From positions 128,001-192,000 of the forward strand of contig CAXXVL010000002.1 in NCBI GenBank assembly GCA_963667845.2: a DNA stretch of 64,000 bases. Reading direction: 5' to 3'. Each line of letters opens with the position of its first letter. Within the stretch, counting starts at the first letter, position 1. The translations under genes and the position numbers were made by a program. The notes below the pieces were generated by a model. It did no database searches, had not been told where the DNA came from, and saw nothing but the letters and a program-made list of their open reading frames with translations. This document shows positions 7,545 to 18,454 of this stretch, in pieces. Source of the stretch: Smithellaceae bacterium. GTDB taxonomy: Bacteria; Desulfobacterota; Syntrophia; Syntrophales; Smithellaceae.

Positions 7545-9881
7545 ATGAACAGTCAGATTGCCAAGGTCGATCTTGATCCCGGGGGTGGGCAGGCACCGGC
7601 GGAAGGATCAGGGCGCAGAGGAATTGTGCGCTTTGCGTGGCTTCCCATTCCACTGCTTTTGGCCGCAATCATCGTGTTCAGGATAGCGGGACTGAGCGAA
7701 TCCCATGAAGCCCCGATGCTGAGGCTCGTCTTGAGCTTCACCTTCTACACACTTGTCGCACTGGGCGCACTCATTCTCATCGGGCGAAGTTTCCTGGCGA
7801 CGGGAGCACCAGGTTTGCTGCTGCTGGAATGCGGAGTGATCCTCTGGAGTCTGGCTGGTACGGTTGGAGACGCAGTCTCCTGCGGCGATGTGAATATCAA
7901 TGTCACGATCTTCAATACAGCTATCTTGCTCGCGGGAATTTGTCTTCTGGCCGGTGCCATCCTTTCAATACCTCCAAAGAGAGCACTCCCCAACCGCCCC
8001 TTTTGGCTGGGAGCGGGTTGCGCGCTTGCCCTTGGCGTGATGGGGTTACTCACATGGGCGGCACTCACGCACCGCCTGCCGGTTTTTTTCATCCAGGGTC
8101 AGGGAGGCACTCCGGTTCGCTTCTGGGTTCTCATTTCGGCCATCTTCGTGTTCGTGCTGTCCGCAGGCCTGCTGTTGGCCAGCCAACGTCGGGCCCATTC
8201 CCCCTTTACCTTTTGGTTTGCTCTCGCCCTGCTTCTGCTCGCTGTGGGGCTGTTCGGCATCATGATCCAGTTGTCACTGGGCTGTATCGTGAATTGGTTG
8301 AGCCGCACGGCACAGTGGCTCGGTGGATTCTATCTCTTCATGGCCGCCGTGGCCGCGCTGCGCGGGTCAGGTCTGGAATTTCTGCCGTCTAAAGAGCAAT
8401 CGCATTCGACGCTCTATCATTATGCCCTGACTGTTGTGATAGTTGTGGCATCAGCCGCTATACGCTTGGCGTTTCTTCCCGCCATGGGAACGCAAGCCCC
8501 CTTCCTGACCTTCTTTCCCGCCGTTACGCTGGCCGCTCTCTATGGCGGGTTTAGATCGGGCATGCTGGCTACGATACTGTCGGCGATATTGACAGTCTAT
8601 TTCTGGATGGAGCCCGCCGGCCGGTTTGACATTATCGAACCGAGCAACTGGCTGGCCACCGTGATTTTTCTTCTGAGCGGCACGATGATAGCCTTTGTCA
8701 CTGAAGCAATGCATAGTGCCCAGGACCGAGCCTCCGGTGCAGAAAAGCAGGCCTTGCTCTCCGCAGAACGAGCGGCCGCTTCTGAAATGATGCGCGAGAG
8801 TGAAGAAAAGTACCACACTCTATTCACCGGCATGACCGAGGGCTTTGCTATCCATGAGTTGATCACTGATAAATTCGGCAAGCCTCTCGACTACCGTTTT
8901 TTGGAAGTAAACCCTGCTTTTGAGCGGATGACGGGTCTGGATCGCCGGGATGTTGTCGGAAAAACTCTTAACGAGGTCTTGCCTGGTGATGACCCTAAGT
9001 GGCTCCAATTGTATGCTCAAGTTACCTTGACCGGCAAACCGATACAGTTTGAGAACTATTCCCCTGTCTTAAAGCGACACTATGAAGTTTTCTCCTATCG
9101 CGCCGCCCCGATGCAATTTGCCGTCATCTTCATGGACATTACAGATCGCAAGCAAGCGGAAGAGGCCCTCAAACAGCAATCCGAAAGGCTGGTGGCGGCC
9201 AACAAAGAGATGGAATCTTTCGCCTACTCGGTCTCCCATGACCTGCGTGCTCCGCTTCGGGCTATTGAAGGCTTTTCTCGAATCCTGCTCAGTAAAATGA
9301 CCGGTAAATTGGATGATGATGAAAGACGGCGATTTGAAGTGATCCGGGAAAGCACAAAGAAAATGGGCGAGCTCATCGATCGCCTCCTTGATTTTTCACG
9401 GCTGGGACGACAATCCATGTCTATAGCGGATATCCAGATGCCGGGACTCGTTAAAGATGTATCTGAAGAGCTTCTGGCGGCCAACTCCGATCGCAAAATA
9501 TCAGTGAAAGTGGGCCATCTGGCGGCAGTCTGGGGAGACAAAGTGTTGATAAAGCAGGTCCTCGTGAACCTTTTATCCAATGCTGTTAAATTCACCAGGA
9601 ACAGGGAAGAAGCTGTCATCGAGGTCGGCAGCGAGACGAAAGACTCGGAAGTCATCTTTTTCGTCCGGGATAACGGCGTCGGCTTCGACATGCAATATTA
9701 TGGAAAGCTGTTCGGCGTTTTCCAGCGCCTCCACAGCGATGAAGAGTTCGAGGGAAGCGGAGCGGGACTGGCCATCGTTCAACGCATCATTTACCGCCAC
9801 GGAGGCAGGGTCTGGGCAGAAGGCGAAGTGGGCAAAGGTGCCACCTTTTACTTTACGCTGCGCTGCGCGTCGCAGAATTAG
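7545..9881 (+). CDS. Membrane sensor histidine kinase (multi-TM + DUF4118-like + PAS + HisKA + HATPase)
   Basis: FAYSVSHDLRAPLR H-box, NLLSNAVKFT, DNGVGFD, GSGAGL. Start 7545 after GGAG (7524 also possible). Confidence 0.9.
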   Translation: MNSQIAKVDLDPGGGQAPAEGSGRRGIVRFAWLPIPLLLAAIIVFRIAGLSESHEAPMLRLVLSFTFYTLVALGALILIGRSFLATGAPGLLLLECGVILWSLAGTVGDAVSCGDVNINVTIFNTAILLAGICLLAGAILSIPPKRALPNRPFWLGAGCALALGVMGLLTWAALTHRLPVFFIQGQGGTPVRFWVLISAIFVFVLSAGLLLASQRRAHSPFTFWFALALLLLAVGLFGIMIQLSLGCIVNWLSRTAQWLGGFYLFMAAVAALRGSGLEFLPSKEQSHSTLYHYALTVVIVVASAAIRLAFLPAMGTQAPFLTFFPAVTLAALYGGFRSGMLATILSAILTVYFWMEPAGRFDIIEPSNWLATVIFLLSGTMIAFVTEAMHSAQDRASGAEKQALLSAERAAASEMMRESEEKYHTLFTGMTEGFAIHELITDKFGKPLDYRFLEVNPAFERMTGLDRRDVVGKTLNEVLPGDDPKWLQLYAQVTLTGKPIQFENYSPVLKRHYEVFSYRAAPMQFAVIFMDITDRKQAEEALKQQSERLVAANKEMESFAYSVSHDLRAPLRAIEGFSRILLSKMTGKLDDDERRRFEVIRESTKKMGELIDRLLDFSRLGRQSMSIADIQMPGLVKDVSEELLAANSDRKISVKVGHLAAVWGDKVLIKQVLVNLLSNAVKFTRNREEAVIEVGSETKDSEVIFFVRDNGVGFDMQYYGKLFGVFQRLHSDEEFEGSGAGLAIVQRIIYRHGGRVWAEGEVGKGATFYFTLRCASQN

Positions 9882-10274
9882 AGCTTTCCCGGGCCGAAAT
9901 AGATGGCATTCAACTGTTTAAGAATCGTAAACCCTATCCGCTTTAACAGAACACACGATTCCATATTGTCTGCATCTTAAGCCTTAATGAATGATTGAGA
10001 TTCATTATATCAACAATAGATTGTCCTGATAGATTATTATTGATAAATTTTTCATTCTGATAAAAGCCCATTTGCAGAGTTCCTCCTTAAATCTTTTGCA
10101 ATCCGTTGTTTACAGAAGATAGAAGATCAGCGGGTGAATGCCGATAAATGATTCAATTTGACTCCCGGGATTTTGGCGCTTATTCGCTGTGGAAAAATAA
10201 TCAAACTTGAGAGTCTGGAGAAAATCTGTTAAATTTTTAAAACAGGGACGGCAACTATCGGAGAAAAATCAAAG

Positions 10275-12845
10275 ATGACCCAGGTGCAAGGAAAATGGTG
10301 GACAACCGTTCAGAATAGATTGATCCTGATTCTCCTTTGTATTCTCATTCCTGTCTTGGCGATTCAAGCCTACATTTACTATAACAATTATCAAGATCAA
10401 CGCCAGTTGGAATTTCGGGCCAATCTGGAAGTAGCCCGTGCCGTCTCCAAAGGATTTGAATCATTCGTCAAGGATGTTCTTCATCAGGAGCTGACACTGG
10501 GACTTGCGCTGACCTCTTCTCGGCCGATGAGCTCCAAGGACATAACCCGCATCCTCGGGAGCAGCCGGGACTACGTGGCTGTACGCGATTTCACCTGGTT
10601 GAATCCGAATGGCAAAGCAGTTTATTCCAGCAATCCCGATGTGGTCGGCGTCGATTACAGTGACCGGTCCTATTTTCGTGAAGTCGTTAATGGCCGCGAA
10701 TGGACGGTCGGCGAGCTTGTTCAAGCGAAGTCCACCAACAAAGCGGTCTTCGGTATCACGCGCGGTATTCGGAATGAAAAAGGCACCCTGCTCGGCATAG
10801 TCCTTGCCGCAATTCTTCCGGAAAAATTAGAAGACCGTCTCGCTGTTGAAAGACGCAAGGGAGGCGGCTTTGCGCTTATCGATAAAAAGGGCATGCTGGT
10901 TTTCCGCTACCCTGTTATCAAGGCCACATGGGAGGAGCGCAACTGGCTTGGCCAGTATCCCTGGCTTGGAAAAGTATTCAAAGGAGAAGAGATTAAAAGC
11001 ATCAGAGCATTTGCGAACTTTGAGGGGGAGACGCGTCTGCTCGCCGCAACGCCGGTTCCGTCTATCGGCTGGATCGTAACTGCCGCAACACGAGAAGATG
11101 AAATAACCGCCTCCATTCTCGATTCTATGGGCAAGAGTGTTCTTCTGTTTCTGGTCGTTGCCTTTGCCGCATTTTTTGCCGCTTTGATCTTTTCCCGGAA
11201 AATCGCCGGGCCTGTTAAAGCGCTGCGCGCTCACGCGCTTAGCTTAGGACAGGGGAAAATGCCCGAGCCGGTGAGGATCAATCATATTTGGGAGTTTCAG
11301 GATCTTGCGGGTGCCGTGAATACGATGGCCGAACAGGTGCAGGCGCGCGAAAAGGATTTGCGTGAAAGCGAAGCCCGCTTCCGCTCGGTGCTGGACAACT
11401 CCCAGGATGTTATTTATCGCCTGAACGTGCAAACAGGCCGCTTTGACTACATCAGCCCCTCCGCCGAAGCGGTGTCAGGCTTCTCACCCGTTGAATTAAT
11501 GGCGATGGATCCGGAGACGGCGTTGGCGATGATTCACCCTGAAGATTTGCCTGTTATGCAAGACCTAGCGGAGCGATTGGACGACTCCGCCGAGATAGAA
11601 GTGGAATACCGTCAGCGGACAAAATACGGCGACTACCGCTGGCTTTCCAATCATATGTCCCTTGTCAAAGACGACACCGGTCAGGTGCTGTATCGCGACG
11701 GTAACATTCGCGACATCACGGACAGTAAGCATGCCCAGGAAGAACTGCGGAAAAGCGAGAGTCTGTACCGCGCCATTGGTGAAACAATTGACTATGGCAT
11801 TTGGGTCAGTGATTCCGCTGGCCGCAATATGTATGCAAGCAAATCTTTGCTTAACCTTGTGGGTTTGACCCAGGAACAGTGCTCAAACTTCGGGTGGTTT
11901 AAGGTGCTCCATCCGGACGATGTCGAAAGAACCATAGCCGCATGGACGGAATGTGTCCGCAACAGCGGTAATTGGAGCATCGAACACCGCTTCCGTGGTG
12001 CGGATGGACAGTGGTATAACGTATTGGCTCGGGGCGTTCCCGTGCGCAATGAACTAGGAGAGATCATTTGCTGGGCGGGCATTAATCTTGACATCACCAG
12101 TCTTAAAAAGGCGGAGATGGCCCTTCTGGAGAGAACGCAGCAATTAGAAGAATCCAACAAAGAATTAGAGAGCTTTACTTATTCTGTCGCTCATGACTTG
12201 AAGGCACCCATCAGGGCCATTGACGGTTTTTCCAGGATCTTCCTGAAGAAATACGGAGCTCATGTCGATGAAGACGCCGCGCGTATTTTAAACGTGATTC
12301 GCAGCAGTACGGAAAAGATGAATGTTCTGATTGACGGTCTTCTCTCCTTTTCAAGAGTTCTTCGAGATAAAATGATTTTTCGGGAGATCAATATGGATAT
12401 CGTTGCCAACGAGGTATGGACGGATATTCACGCAATAAATCAAAAACGCGAACTCGAGGTGAAGATAGCAAAGCTTCCGGCCGGATTTGGGGATCTGATT
12501 CTAATCAGGCAAGTGCTTTTCAATCTTATCTCCAATGCCGTAAAATTTACGAAGAACCGCAAACCGGGCATTATCGAACTGAGCGGTTACAATGAGCATG
12601 GCAAAGTAGTTTATTGTGTCAAGGATAACGGGGCAGGGTTCGACATGGCTTATTATGATAAGCTCTTTAATGTCTTCCATCGCCTCCATAGTGATGAAGA
12701 CTTTGAGGGAACAGGCATAGGCCTGGCGATTGTGCAGCGCATCGTCAAACGCCATGGCGGTGAGGTATGGGCAGACGGAGCAGTGGACAAGGGAGCAACT
12801 TTCTATTTTTCACTTCCCGCCAAGGACGATGGTATGAACAGCTGA
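10275..12845 (+). CDS. Sensor histidine kinase (Cache-HAMP-PAS-PAS-HisKA-HATPase)
   Basis: Two TM segments flanking a Cache-like domain (SDRSYFRE), IHPED and LHPDD PAS motifs, SVAHDLKAP, NAVKFT, GTGIGL. Confidence 0.9.
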   Translation: MTQVQGKWWTTVQNRLILILLCILIPVLAIQAYIYYNNYQDQRQLEFRANLEVARAVSKGFESFVKDVLHQELTLGLALTSSRPMSSKDITRILGSSRDYVAVRDFTWLNPNGKAVYSSNPDVVGVDYSDRSYFREVVNGREWTVGELVQAKSTNKAVFGITRGIRNEKGTLLGIVLAAILPEKLEDRLAVERRKGGGFALIDKKGMLVFRYPVIKATWEERNWLGQYPWLGKVFKGEEIKSIRAFANFEGETRLLAATPVPSIGWIVTAATREDEITASILDSMGKSVLLFLVVAFAAFFAALIFSRKIAGPVKALRAHALSLGQGKMPEPVRINHIWEFQDLAGAVNTMAEQVQAREKDLRESEARFRSVLDNSQDVIYRLNVQTGRFDYISPSAEAVSGFSPVELMAMDPETALAMIHPEDLPVMQDLAERLDDSAEIEVEYRQRTKYGDYRWLSNHMSLVKDDTGQVLYRDGNIRDITDSKHAQEELRKSESLYRAIGETIDYGIWVSDSAGRNMYASKSLLNLVGLTQEQCSNFGWFKVLHPDDVERTIAAWTECVRNSGNWSIEHRFRGADGQWYNVLARGVPVRNELGEIICWAGINLDITSLKKAEMALLERTQQLEESNKELESFTYSVAHDLKAPIRAIDGFSRIFLKKYGAHVDEDAARILNVIRSSTEKMNVLIDGLLSFSRVLRDKMIFREINMDIVANEVWTDIHAINQKRELEVKIAKLPAGFGDLILIRQVLFNLISNAVKFTKNRKPGIIELSGYNEHGKVVYCVKDNGAGFDMAYYDKLFNVFHRLHSDEDFEGTGIGLAIVQRIVKRHGGEVWADGAVDKGATFYFSLPAKDDGMNS

Positions 12846-12955
12846 GAATTACTATTTGATGTCCGCTGATCAGTCCGTTTGGTAATCATCGGTTTTCATA
12901 CTTCATGATTCTACTGACCCGCAGGTGAAACAGGTAGCCGGCTTTTTTTATTGAT

Positions 12956-12984
12956 TTGACATTCACCGCCCTTCTCTTTATTCT
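12956..12984 (+). promoter_or_regulatory. Putative sigma70 promoter of the M20 peptidase
   Basis: TTGACA-17 nt-TATTCT. Confidence 0.55.
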
Positions 12985-13016
12985 CTTCTTCAATACGGAT
13001 GATGTGAGGGTTGAAA

Positions 13017-14342
13017 ATGGACGAACAAAAGATAAGAGAAGACGTTGTTGCGACGATCGCTCGCTATGTGCAGTTTGACACGACCAACCCCCCGGGCAAT
13101 GAAATGCCTGCCGCCCTGTGGGTTCGGGACCAGCTCACGGGCCGCAAGATTACTTCCGACATCACAGTTTACGAACCCCTTCCCGGACGGGGTCTGGTCG
13201 TCGCCCGCATCGCCGGGTCGGAAAATCTGAAACCGCTCATGATTAATCATCACATCGATGTGGTTGCCGCCGATCCTTCGCAGTGGACTCATCCGCCATT
13301 CGGCGGTGTGGTCGCCGACGGCTTTGTCTGGGGACGCGGCACGCTCGACACGAAGGGTCTGGGTGTCATGTTTCTGCTGGCGCTGGAATCGCTCCTCAAA
13401 GAAGGTGTGCGATTCCGCCGTCCCATTGTTTTTACCGCTGTGCCCGATGAAGAACCCGGCGGCGACAACGGCATGCGCTGGCTGGTCGAAAATCACATAA
13501 AGGATATCGATCCCGAATGGGTGTGGGATGAAGGGAGCGGCGGGCTGAAAGATGTATTCGGTAAAGGAATTGTCTTCGCCGTTGCTGTTGCTGAAAAACA
13601 GATTTACCGGTTCAAACTCATCGCGGAAGGCGAACCGGGGCACGGATCCATGCCGCATGCCAATAGCGCCAACACCCGTCTCATCGCCGCCCTGCAAAGA
13701 ATCATCGAAACACCCCGGCCTTTGAGGGCCGGTCCGGCTTCGGCGGCCATGTTTGCGGGGCTTGCCTCGACGCAAAAGTTTCCCGCGTCTTTCCTGCTTA
13801 GCCACCTGGCCAATCCGCTCGCCTTAAAACTGGCGGGCAAGTCACTGGCCGCGGAAAAATTTACCAACGCCGTGCTGCGGGATACCGTCAGCGTCAATAT
13901 TATTCAGGCCGGCTATCAGATCAATGTTATCCCCGAACGCGCGGAAGCACACCTGGATTGCCGCCTGCTTCCGGAAACGGACGCCAGGGAATTTCGTCAG
14001 TGGCTCGTTTCCCGCATCGCCGATGACCGCATCCGGATACAAATGATCCAGACGTCGCCGCCTTCGGGACTGGCGCCAATCGATAATCCGTTTTATCGGG
14101 CGGTAACATCCGCCATTCAGAAATATACTCCCGGCGCGGGAGTATTTCCGCTGCTCATGGCCGGAGCGACGGACGGCCGCTACTGGCGAGAACGAGGTTA
14201 TCCGGCCTATGGCTTCACGCCGATGCTCCTGGAAAAGAGCGACATCGGCCGCGTGCACGGAATCGACGAACGCATTTCCGTCGACAATCTTCTTTTGGGG
14301 ATTAAAATAACCCGGGATATGATCAGAGAACTGTGCATGTAG
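13017..14342 (+). CDS. M20/M25/M40 family metallo-hydrolase (aminoacylase-like)
   Basis: HHIDVV, GRGTLDTKG, PDEE, DEG, GHGSMP, GATDGR, HGIDERI. Confidence 0.9.
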   Translation: MDEQKIREDVVATIARYVQFDTTNPPGNEMPAALWVRDQLTGRKITSDITVYEPLPGRGLVVARIAGSENLKPLMINHHIDVVAADPSQWTHPPFGGVVADGFVWGRGTLDTKGLGVMFLLALESLLKEGVRFRRPIVFTAVPDEEPGGDNGMRWLVENHIKDIDPEWVWDEGSGGLKDVFGKGIVFAVAVAEKQIYRFKLIAEGEPGHGSMPHANSANTRLIAALQRIIETPRPLRAGPASAAMFAGLASTQKFPASFLLSHLANPLALKLAGKSLAAEKFTNAVLRDTVSVNIIQAGYQINVIPERAEAHLDCRLLPETDAREFRQWLVSRIADDRIRIQMIQTSPPSGLAPIDNPFYRAVTSAIQKYTPGAGVFPLLMAGATDGRYWRERGYPAYGFTPMLLEKSDIGRVHGIDERISVDNLLLGIKITRDMIRELCM

Positions 14343-14640
14343 GAAACGGTCTGGCCGCCGCATGACCGAATGACCTGAAGGACACAGGAGGACACACGAG
14401 ATCCCGTGAGCAGTCGCGATAATCTGGAGTAGAAGAAACCCGTTTAAAAACGTATTTGAGCTGAAGAGAGAATCTGCCCTTTTTAATAGGTATGCTCTCT
14501 TTCAAACGATAACCAATGAGACATTCTCTTGACTTATTTATGACCTGGGTACACATAGAAATTAATTGAATAAGGCATTGTCAATCGGTTAACAACTAAT
14601 TTGACCCCTTTTGTAAAGGTGATGCCATGGAAAGATGATT

Positions 14641-14672
14641 AAAACCCTGTTTCTGAAAAGAAGCGGGGTTTT
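14641..14672. terminator. Stem-loop upstream of the WD40-caspase gene
   Basis: AAAACCCTGTTTCT-GAAA-AGAAGCGGGGTTTT. Confidence 0.45.
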
Positions 14673-14720
14673 GCGTTTTATGAAAGAAACCGGTCCGCTT
14701 GTTTGGATAGAGGAGGCAAT

Positions 14721-17036
14721 ATGTCTGTAAATCAGAAAGTATTGATGGTGTGTTTTTCACTTCTTCTTTTTTCCTGTGCAGCCACGCCCGTTCTTACCGG
14801 GAAAGGCGATATGTCCCGGGAAATTAAACAAAAAGCACCCGCAATGGTTAGAGTAGATATTTCTATGGATGGACGGTATGTTCTATCGGGTGGCATGAAT
14901 TCTTTTATTCTTTGGGATATTATTCAAGGAAAAAAATTACAAACATTTACTCATGAAGGTTTTATCTCTTATCCAATTGCGGTCACTTTTTCCCCTGACG
15001 GAAAATATTTTGCTTCCGGCGGCAAAGGGGCAAAACTTTGGAATTTGGGCACGAGACAGGAAACGCTGACATTTGATGATAGTATAGCTGTCTCCATGGC
15101 TTTTTCTCCAGACGGAAAATATTTTTTATGTGGGGGACCTGGTCCCCTGAATTTTTTTGCTGCACCTACCCCCACAATGAAAATCTTTGATGTGGCCACG
15201 GGAGAGGTAGTCAAAGACTTTAAGTTACGAGAACCCGGCGATTCTGTTGCCTATTCTCCTGATGGGAAATATGTCTTATCCGGCAGTTATCAAGGCAAAA
15301 TGACCCTCTGGAATGCGGCGTCGGGGAATCCTCTAAGAACGGTGCCGGTGGTAAGCGATAGCTTTCTCAGGACTCCTGTTGTACGAGCTGTTTCTTTTTC
15401 AGCAGACGGTCAATATATCTTGTCCGGCGGAGGAGATAATAGCGTCAGATTGTGGAATGCGAAAGATTTATCACAGATAAAGACATTCGTTGGTCATACA
15501 GGTATAAATGGAATCTGGTCCGTTGCTTTTTCACCGGATGGCAAATATGCCTTATCAGGGGGGTTTGATAGTCAGGTAAAAATCTGGGATTTAGCATCAG
15601 GGTCTCAATGGAAAGATCTTGTCGGACACACCACTATGAATGGTGCCACGGCTAAATTTTTTCCCAACGGCAAGTATGTCGTATCCGCAGGCGACGCCTC
15701 TACAAGAATATGGGATGCAACCACAGGCGAAGAAATTGCCTCTATGATTGCCTTTGAAGACGGGGAGTGGATTATTACAACAAGCAATGGCTATTATACG
15801 TCCTCCCCTAAAGGCGACCAGTATCTTAGCGTTACAGTCGGAGGTAGACAATACAGCACGGAGCAGCTGCGGGAAAGTTTTTACCGTCCCGACCTGGTTC
15901 AGGTTGCACTCGGGGGCGGGTCGTTGAAGGAACTCAAAAAAGTGGCAGATGTAAAACCACCTCCGGTGGTAGCCGTTGTTGATACACCGAAAAGCATTGA
16001 TCAGAGTGACGCCGCCATCACTTTAAAGATTACCGATGCCGGTGGTGGGATCGGCGACATTCGGCTTTATCTCAACGGCTCTGCAGTTATGCTCGACAGT
16101 GCAAGAGGTGTAAAAGTTATCTCTTCCAATCAAGACGAAATCAAAAAAACATATAAACTGAAACTTTCCAGCGGCGTCAACACAATAAGAGTCATTGCCT
16201 TTAATGCCGACAACACCATGCAAAGCACGGATGTTTTTTATGAAATAACAGCGGCATTCAAAGCCATCGGCAAGCCTTCTCTCTATGCGCTGGTCATCGG
16301 CATCAACGAGTATAAAAATCCCAAGCTCCAACTTAATCATGCTATTGCAGATGCCACACTCTTTGCCGACACACTTCAACAGGGCGCTTTGCCTCTATTT
16401 GAAAAAGTGGAAGTTAAAAAACTTTCTTCCAAAAAAGAGACGACGAGGGAAAACATCTTAAAAGAACTCAAAGCCATGCAGTCCATAAATCCCGACGACT
16501 TATTTGTCTTCTATGTGGCGAGCCACGGCACAGTTGACGACGGCGAGTATTATCTCATTACGTCCAATGTGGGATCAACAAGGACAGAGCGGCTCAAGAC
16601 CGACGCCATCGGTCAGTCCGTATTCAAGGAACTTATCAGTAATATCCCCGCCACCAAAAAGCTGATCATCATAGATACATGCAATGCAGGTGCTTTGGGT
16701 AAAGCCATCCAGGTAACGATGCTGACGAGAGGTATGAGCGAGGACACGGCAATGAAGATCCTGAGCCGTGCGGTGGGATCAACCATCCTTTCGGCATCTA
16801 CTTCAATTCAGGAAGCCTTGGAGGGCTATCAGGGTCATGGATTGTTTACCTACGTGCTTGCAGAAGGATTGCATGGAAAAGCCGACAAAGGGAATACAGG
16901 CTATGTGAAGACGACAGAGCTCGCGGATTATGTGGACAATGAAGTGCCTATCCTTGCCGAGAAGATATTCAAGAAAGCCCAGTATCCTACAATCTCCATC
17001 AGCGGGCAGGCCTTCCCGATAGGAAAGGTGAGGTAA
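14721..17036 (+). CDS. Lipoprotein with WD40 beta-propeller and C-terminal caspase-like (peptidase C14) domain
   Basis: Lipobox-like LLFSC; repeated FSPDGKY...SG...WD/WN units; LVIGINEY, FYVASHG (His) and IIDTCNAG (Cys) dyad; GHGLFT. ATG 14721 after AGGAGG. Confidence 0.9.
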   Translation: MSVNQKVLMVCFSLLLFSCAATPVLTGKGDMSREIKQKAPAMVRVDISMDGRYVLSGGMNSFILWDIIQGKKLQTFTHEGFISYPIAVTFSPDGKYFASGGKGAKLWNLGTRQETLTFDDSIAVSMAFSPDGKYFLCGGPGPLNFFAAPTPTMKIFDVATGEVVKDFKLREPGDSVAYSPDGKYVLSGSYQGKMTLWNAASGNPLRTVPVVSDSFLRTPVVRAVSFSADGQYILSGGGDNSVRLWNAKDLSQIKTFVGHTGINGIWSVAFSPDGKYALSGGFDSQVKIWDLASGSQWKDLVGHTTMNGATAKFFPNGKYVVSAGDASTRIWDATTGEEIASMIAFEDGEWIITTSNGYYTSSPKGDQYLSVTVGGRQYSTEQLRESFYRPDLVQVALGGGSLKELKKVADVKPPPVVAVVDTPKSIDQSDAAITLKITDAGGGIGDIRLYLNGSAVMLDSARGVKVISSNQDEIKKTYKLKLSSGVNTIRVIAFNADNTMQSTDVFYEITAAFKAIGKPSLYALVIGINEYKNPKLQLNHAIADATLFADTLQQGALPLFEKVEVKKLSSKKETTRENILKELKAMQSINPDDLFVFYVASHGTVDDGEYYLITSNVGSTRTERLKTDAIGQSVFKELISNIPATKKLIIIDTCNAGALGKAIQVTMLTRGMSEDTAMKILSRAVGSTILSASTSIQEALEGYQGHGLFTYVLAEGLHGKADKGNTGYVKTTELADYVDNEVPILAEKIFKKAQYPTISISGQAFPIGKVR

Positions 17037-17275
17037 GATTGTCATCAGCAATTGATTGCTCCACGACTTACTTTATTTCAAACGGCATTCAATAAATTTG
17101 GGATCGTCCGATTGGAAACAAAAGATTCCCATCAGATAGTCCGTCTCTCTCAAACTATCCCTAAAGATGCTGAGGGTTCTGCCAAATACTGAGGCCAAAC
17201 GAATCATTGCTTACTCCCGACCGTGTTGGGAAGAGCATCCGACATGGCAAGATGTCTCAATCTGTTTCCCTAAAT

Positions 17276-18454
17276 TTATGTGGCCCGCAGTGCATCTACA
17301 ATCTTCAGCCGTGAGGCGCGCAGCGCCGGCAGCACGCCGCCGATCAATCCCATGGCGAGCGCGAAGATCATCGACTGAACGATGATCCCGGGCGTCAGCG
17401 TAAAACGAAACGCAAGCTCGGAAAACGTCTGGAAGTTCACCGTCGAAATCGTCATGAACTGCATGAATGACGCAAAGAAGAGTCCCGCGCTGCCGCCGAT
17501 AAAACCCAGAAACAGCGACTCGGTCAGGAAAGCGAGCAGGATATTGCGCCTGCGAAAACCCAGGGCCCGAAGCGTGCCGATTTCCGCCGTGCGGTTGGCA
17601 ACAGCGGAATACATGGTAATCATCGCGCCGATGATTGCGCCTATGGAGAAAATGATCGTGAGCGATGTGCCGAGGATGCGCAGGAACTTGGCCATCATCT
17701 CCGACTGATCCAGATAATATTTGTTTTCCCGACGAGCCTCCAGCTTCAGCCGCTGGTCATTTTCAATAAACGCCTTGGCGGCGTCAAAGGCGTCGGGAGT
17801 CTTCAGCTTGAAGATCAGCGAAGAAAAGATGGGACGCCGGAACGCCTGCATGACCTGATCGACATCGCCCCAGATCTCCGAACTGAATCCCGTGTTTCCC
17901 GCATCGAAAATACCCACGACCGTCCAGTTGCGCCCGCCCCAGCTTAACGTCTGCTGCAAGTTCACGCCCTGAAACCTTTTCGCAATGCTGTTGCCGACAA
18001 TGACTTCCATCGACCCCGGACGCAGCATGCGGCCGGCCGCCAGCTGCACCTGGGGCCTAAGCGGCAGGGATTCGGACTGAACGCCGCGGACGATGACGTT
18101 GGAGTGGCTGGAGGTCTTTTCCTCGCCCTGTTTTTTCAGGGCAATCAGAATGACGACTTCCTTGGCGATCATCTGCTGACCGTGGTCACCCGTGGCCACC
18201 TGCGGCATCATCTCGACGATCGAGGCGGCATTGCGGTCGATGCTGCTCATGACTTCCGATGTAGAGCCTTTTCGCACAACGACGACGTTGTTTTGCGAAC
18301 CGGTTTCCACCAGCGTCTTTTGCAGGCCGGCCGCCATCATCAACACCGTGGCAAAAACAAAGACAACAAGCGCCATGCCGGCCACCGTAAGCGTCGTGGT
18401 GAGCCGCCGTTTCCAGAGATTGCGGAAACTATAGGACAGGGGGACGGCCATCAA
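17276..18454 (-). CDS. ABC exporter permease (MacB/FtsX family)
   Basis: RTAEIGTLRALGF motif; four-TM MacB-like topology. Confidence 0.9.
   Translation of the reverse strand: MMAVPLSYSFRNLWKRRLTTTLTVAGMALVVFVFATVLMMAAGLQKTLVETGSQNNVVVVRKGSTSEVMSSIDRNAASIVEMMPQVATGDHGQQMIAKEVVILIALKKQGEEKTSSHSNVIVRGVQSESLPLRPQVQLAAGRMLRPGSMEVIVGNSIAKRFQGVNLQQTLSWGGRNWTVVGIFDAGNTGFSSEIWGDVDQVMQAFRRPIFSSLIFKLKTPDAFDAAKAFIENDQRLKLEARRENKYYLDQSEMMAKFLRILGTSLTIIFSIGAIIGAMITMYSAVANRTAEIGTLRALGFRRRNILLAFLTESLFLGFIGGSAGLFFASFMQFMTISTVNFQTFSELAFRFTLTPGIIVQSMIFALAMGLIGGVLPALRASRLKIVDALRAT

Noticed and set aside
9882..10274. Riboswitch or ncRNA in long intergenic regions (also 36460-36697, 40342-40741)
   Set aside because: No recognisable conserved motif by eye; an Rfam/Infernal scan would be needed.
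14361..14400. ATGACCTGAAGG-CAC motif shared with about 35408-35438, both at edges of AT-rich DNA, as possible att sites
   Set aside because: The match is only about 15 nt, with no integrase or tRNA; more likely decayed REP-like sequence.
14419..14565. Degraded RelE/YafQ-like toxin remnant (IIWSRR...LIYDLGTH with an internal stop)
   Set aside because: Too short and weak to support without a profile search.
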